A stretch of 63,968 nt of DNA, filler included, from Octopus bimaculoides (lineage: Eukaryota), in NCBI RefSeq assembly GCF_001194135.2. It is 6 parts of 6 records of this genome, joined end to end, with 100 filler letters (N's around TTAATTAATTAA, not from the genome) between each part and the next. Parts side by side here need not be neighbours in the genome. Positions count along the whole stretch, not along the records: positions 62,522 to 63,968 come from NW_026422211.1; 5 more parts are not named here. One strand, written 5' to 3'. Under the pieces are notes generated by a model. That model worked only from the letters and a program-made list of their open reading frames with translations. It was not told the DNA's origin and searched no databases. The translations under genes were made by a program, and so were the position numbers. Position 1 is the stretch's first letter. Every line of letters starts with the position of its first letter. This document shows, piece by piece, positions 63,697-63,968 of the stretch.

Positions 63697-63968
63697 GAAT
63701 TTAGTAAATGGAGTAAAATGCATATGTTAACTGAATACTTTCATTTCCAACATATGTTTCGAAGATTACAATATAACATTCTATTTCATCACTTGGAAAA
63801 CCCTTGCATTAGCAGATATGGAACGTGATCACCGAAGTAAACTTTGATAATAATATTAACTTTGTCTTTACAAGTAATTTTTACTCTTTCAACCCCTACT
63901 CCTTCCCATTTTATTTATATCTAACTTAACAACATAATCCATTTCTGTAGATTAATAGACCACCCATT

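Noticed and set aside
1-63968. Most ORFs in the supplied track (YIYI, HTHT, CVCV, LSLS, poly-X)
   Set aside because: They are translations of dinucleotide or tetranucleotide microsatellites and of N runs, not genes.

Overview
AT-rich, microsatellite-saturated eukaryotic genomic DNA with about 6 kb (~9%) of assembly Ns. The repeat content (tRNA-headed SINEs with long TA/CA/TAA runs, RTE and R4/Dong LINE ends) looks like a cephalopod, most likely Octopus; this is recognition from memory, not a database result. No complete or confidently named host gene is present. Nearly all ORFs in the supplied track are microsatellite or N-run artefacts. Supported features: two full-length but dead D,D34D mariner transposons with intact TIRs; several MITEs (mariner-derived hairpin, Tigger/pogo-like, hAT with internal tandem units, a ~237-bp palindrome); many copies of at least three tRNA-derived SINE families, including dimer and trimer forms of one; 3' fragments of RLE-type (R4/Dong-like), CR1/L2-group and RTE LINEs; a LINE-like tail with two C2H2 fingers; and Penelope-like remnants with degenerate hammerhead-ribozyme cores. 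Non-repeat signals worth follow-up are a candidate 5' end of a minus-strand gene at 0.6-3.7 kb and a TE-poor, CpG-richer block at 34-36 kb. That block holds a CCAAT + E-box + 3xETS motif cluster and three dispersed copies of an unexplained ~55-bp motif. I found no convincing new multi-gene system. Five TTAATTAATTAA pads inside N runs are artificial scaffold joins, so adjacency across them is unproven.
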